DNA of 64,000 bases from Sphyrna mokarran. Its lineage: Eukaryota. The DNA lies in assembly GCA_024679065.1 (NCBI GenBank), contig JAGIQG010000004.1:40424001-40488000 (forward strand), in the 5' to 3' direction. The position numbers and the translations under genes were made by a program. Numbering within the stretch: position 1 is the stretch's first letter; each line of letters begins with the position of its first letter. Below the pieces are notes generated by a model that saw only the letters and a program-made list of their open reading frames with translations, did no database searches and was not told where the DNA came from. This document shows, in pieces, positions 63,680-64,000 of the stretch.

Positions 63680-63870
63680 AGATGGTTGACTGTGAAAGTG
63701 CAAACACCAAGGCTTTCTGACAATGCACTGGAGGTGCAAGTAGAGAGAAGGTGAGACATTCTGTATCCAGGACAAGCAGGAGGCCTTCCAGACAAGAGGC
63801 AATGGGAAGTAGCAGTTGGCTATGCATTTTCTGGCATTCCGTGTAGTCATAAAGAAAATAGAAAGTGGAG
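63680..63870 (+). mobile_element. Harbinger Myb/SANT ORF remnant, divergent from the transposase
   Basis: PRLSDNALEVQVERR*DILYP resembles the APRFSD..LE.LV..V..R.DILF start of Harbinger Myb/SANT proteins. Confidence 0.6.
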
Positions 63871-64000
63871 TTAGATCAGATGGAAATGTTTGGTGAACAG
63901 GGACGTGTGGTTGAGGTCACTAGTACTGAGGTTATTCTACCTTCTCAACTTTGCCCCTCATTTGAGGTATAGTGATCCTCTGGTTAAATCATCACCAGTT

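Overview
Repeat-dense, essentially gene-free eukaryotic DNA, almost certainly from a cartilaginous fish (shark), judged from elasmobranch-type V-SINEs, Deu-SINEs, CR1/L2/Rex-Babar LINEs, Penelope-like elements, Gypsy LTR remnants and Harbinger relics. I found no intact protein-coding gene; nearly all listed ORFs are TE fragments or antisense shadows. Main observations: (1) a decayed, intronless ORF at ~1330-3500 (-) whose C-terminal part aligns by eye with the C-terminal coiled coil of the meiotic synaptonemal complex protein SYCP1. It is fused to an unrelated 8-residue-repeat region and sits directly upstream of a PPT plus LTR-like block, so it may be a meiotic gene segment captured by an LTR retroelement. 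(2) A multi-level nest at 18.8-29.7 kb (L2 > Gypsy > CR1 > head-to-head Penelope dimer > Penelope), with decayed minimal hammerhead ribozyme motifs. (3) A cluster of templated rearrangements inside the Gypsy: a 116-bp-arm palindrome, a displaced RT fragment, and a 483-bp local copy flanked by a 12-bp duplication. (4) One clean candidate exon at 44973-45055 (-). All homology calls were made by eye against remembered family motifs, with no database search. TE boundaries are approximate unless a target-site duplication is quoted.
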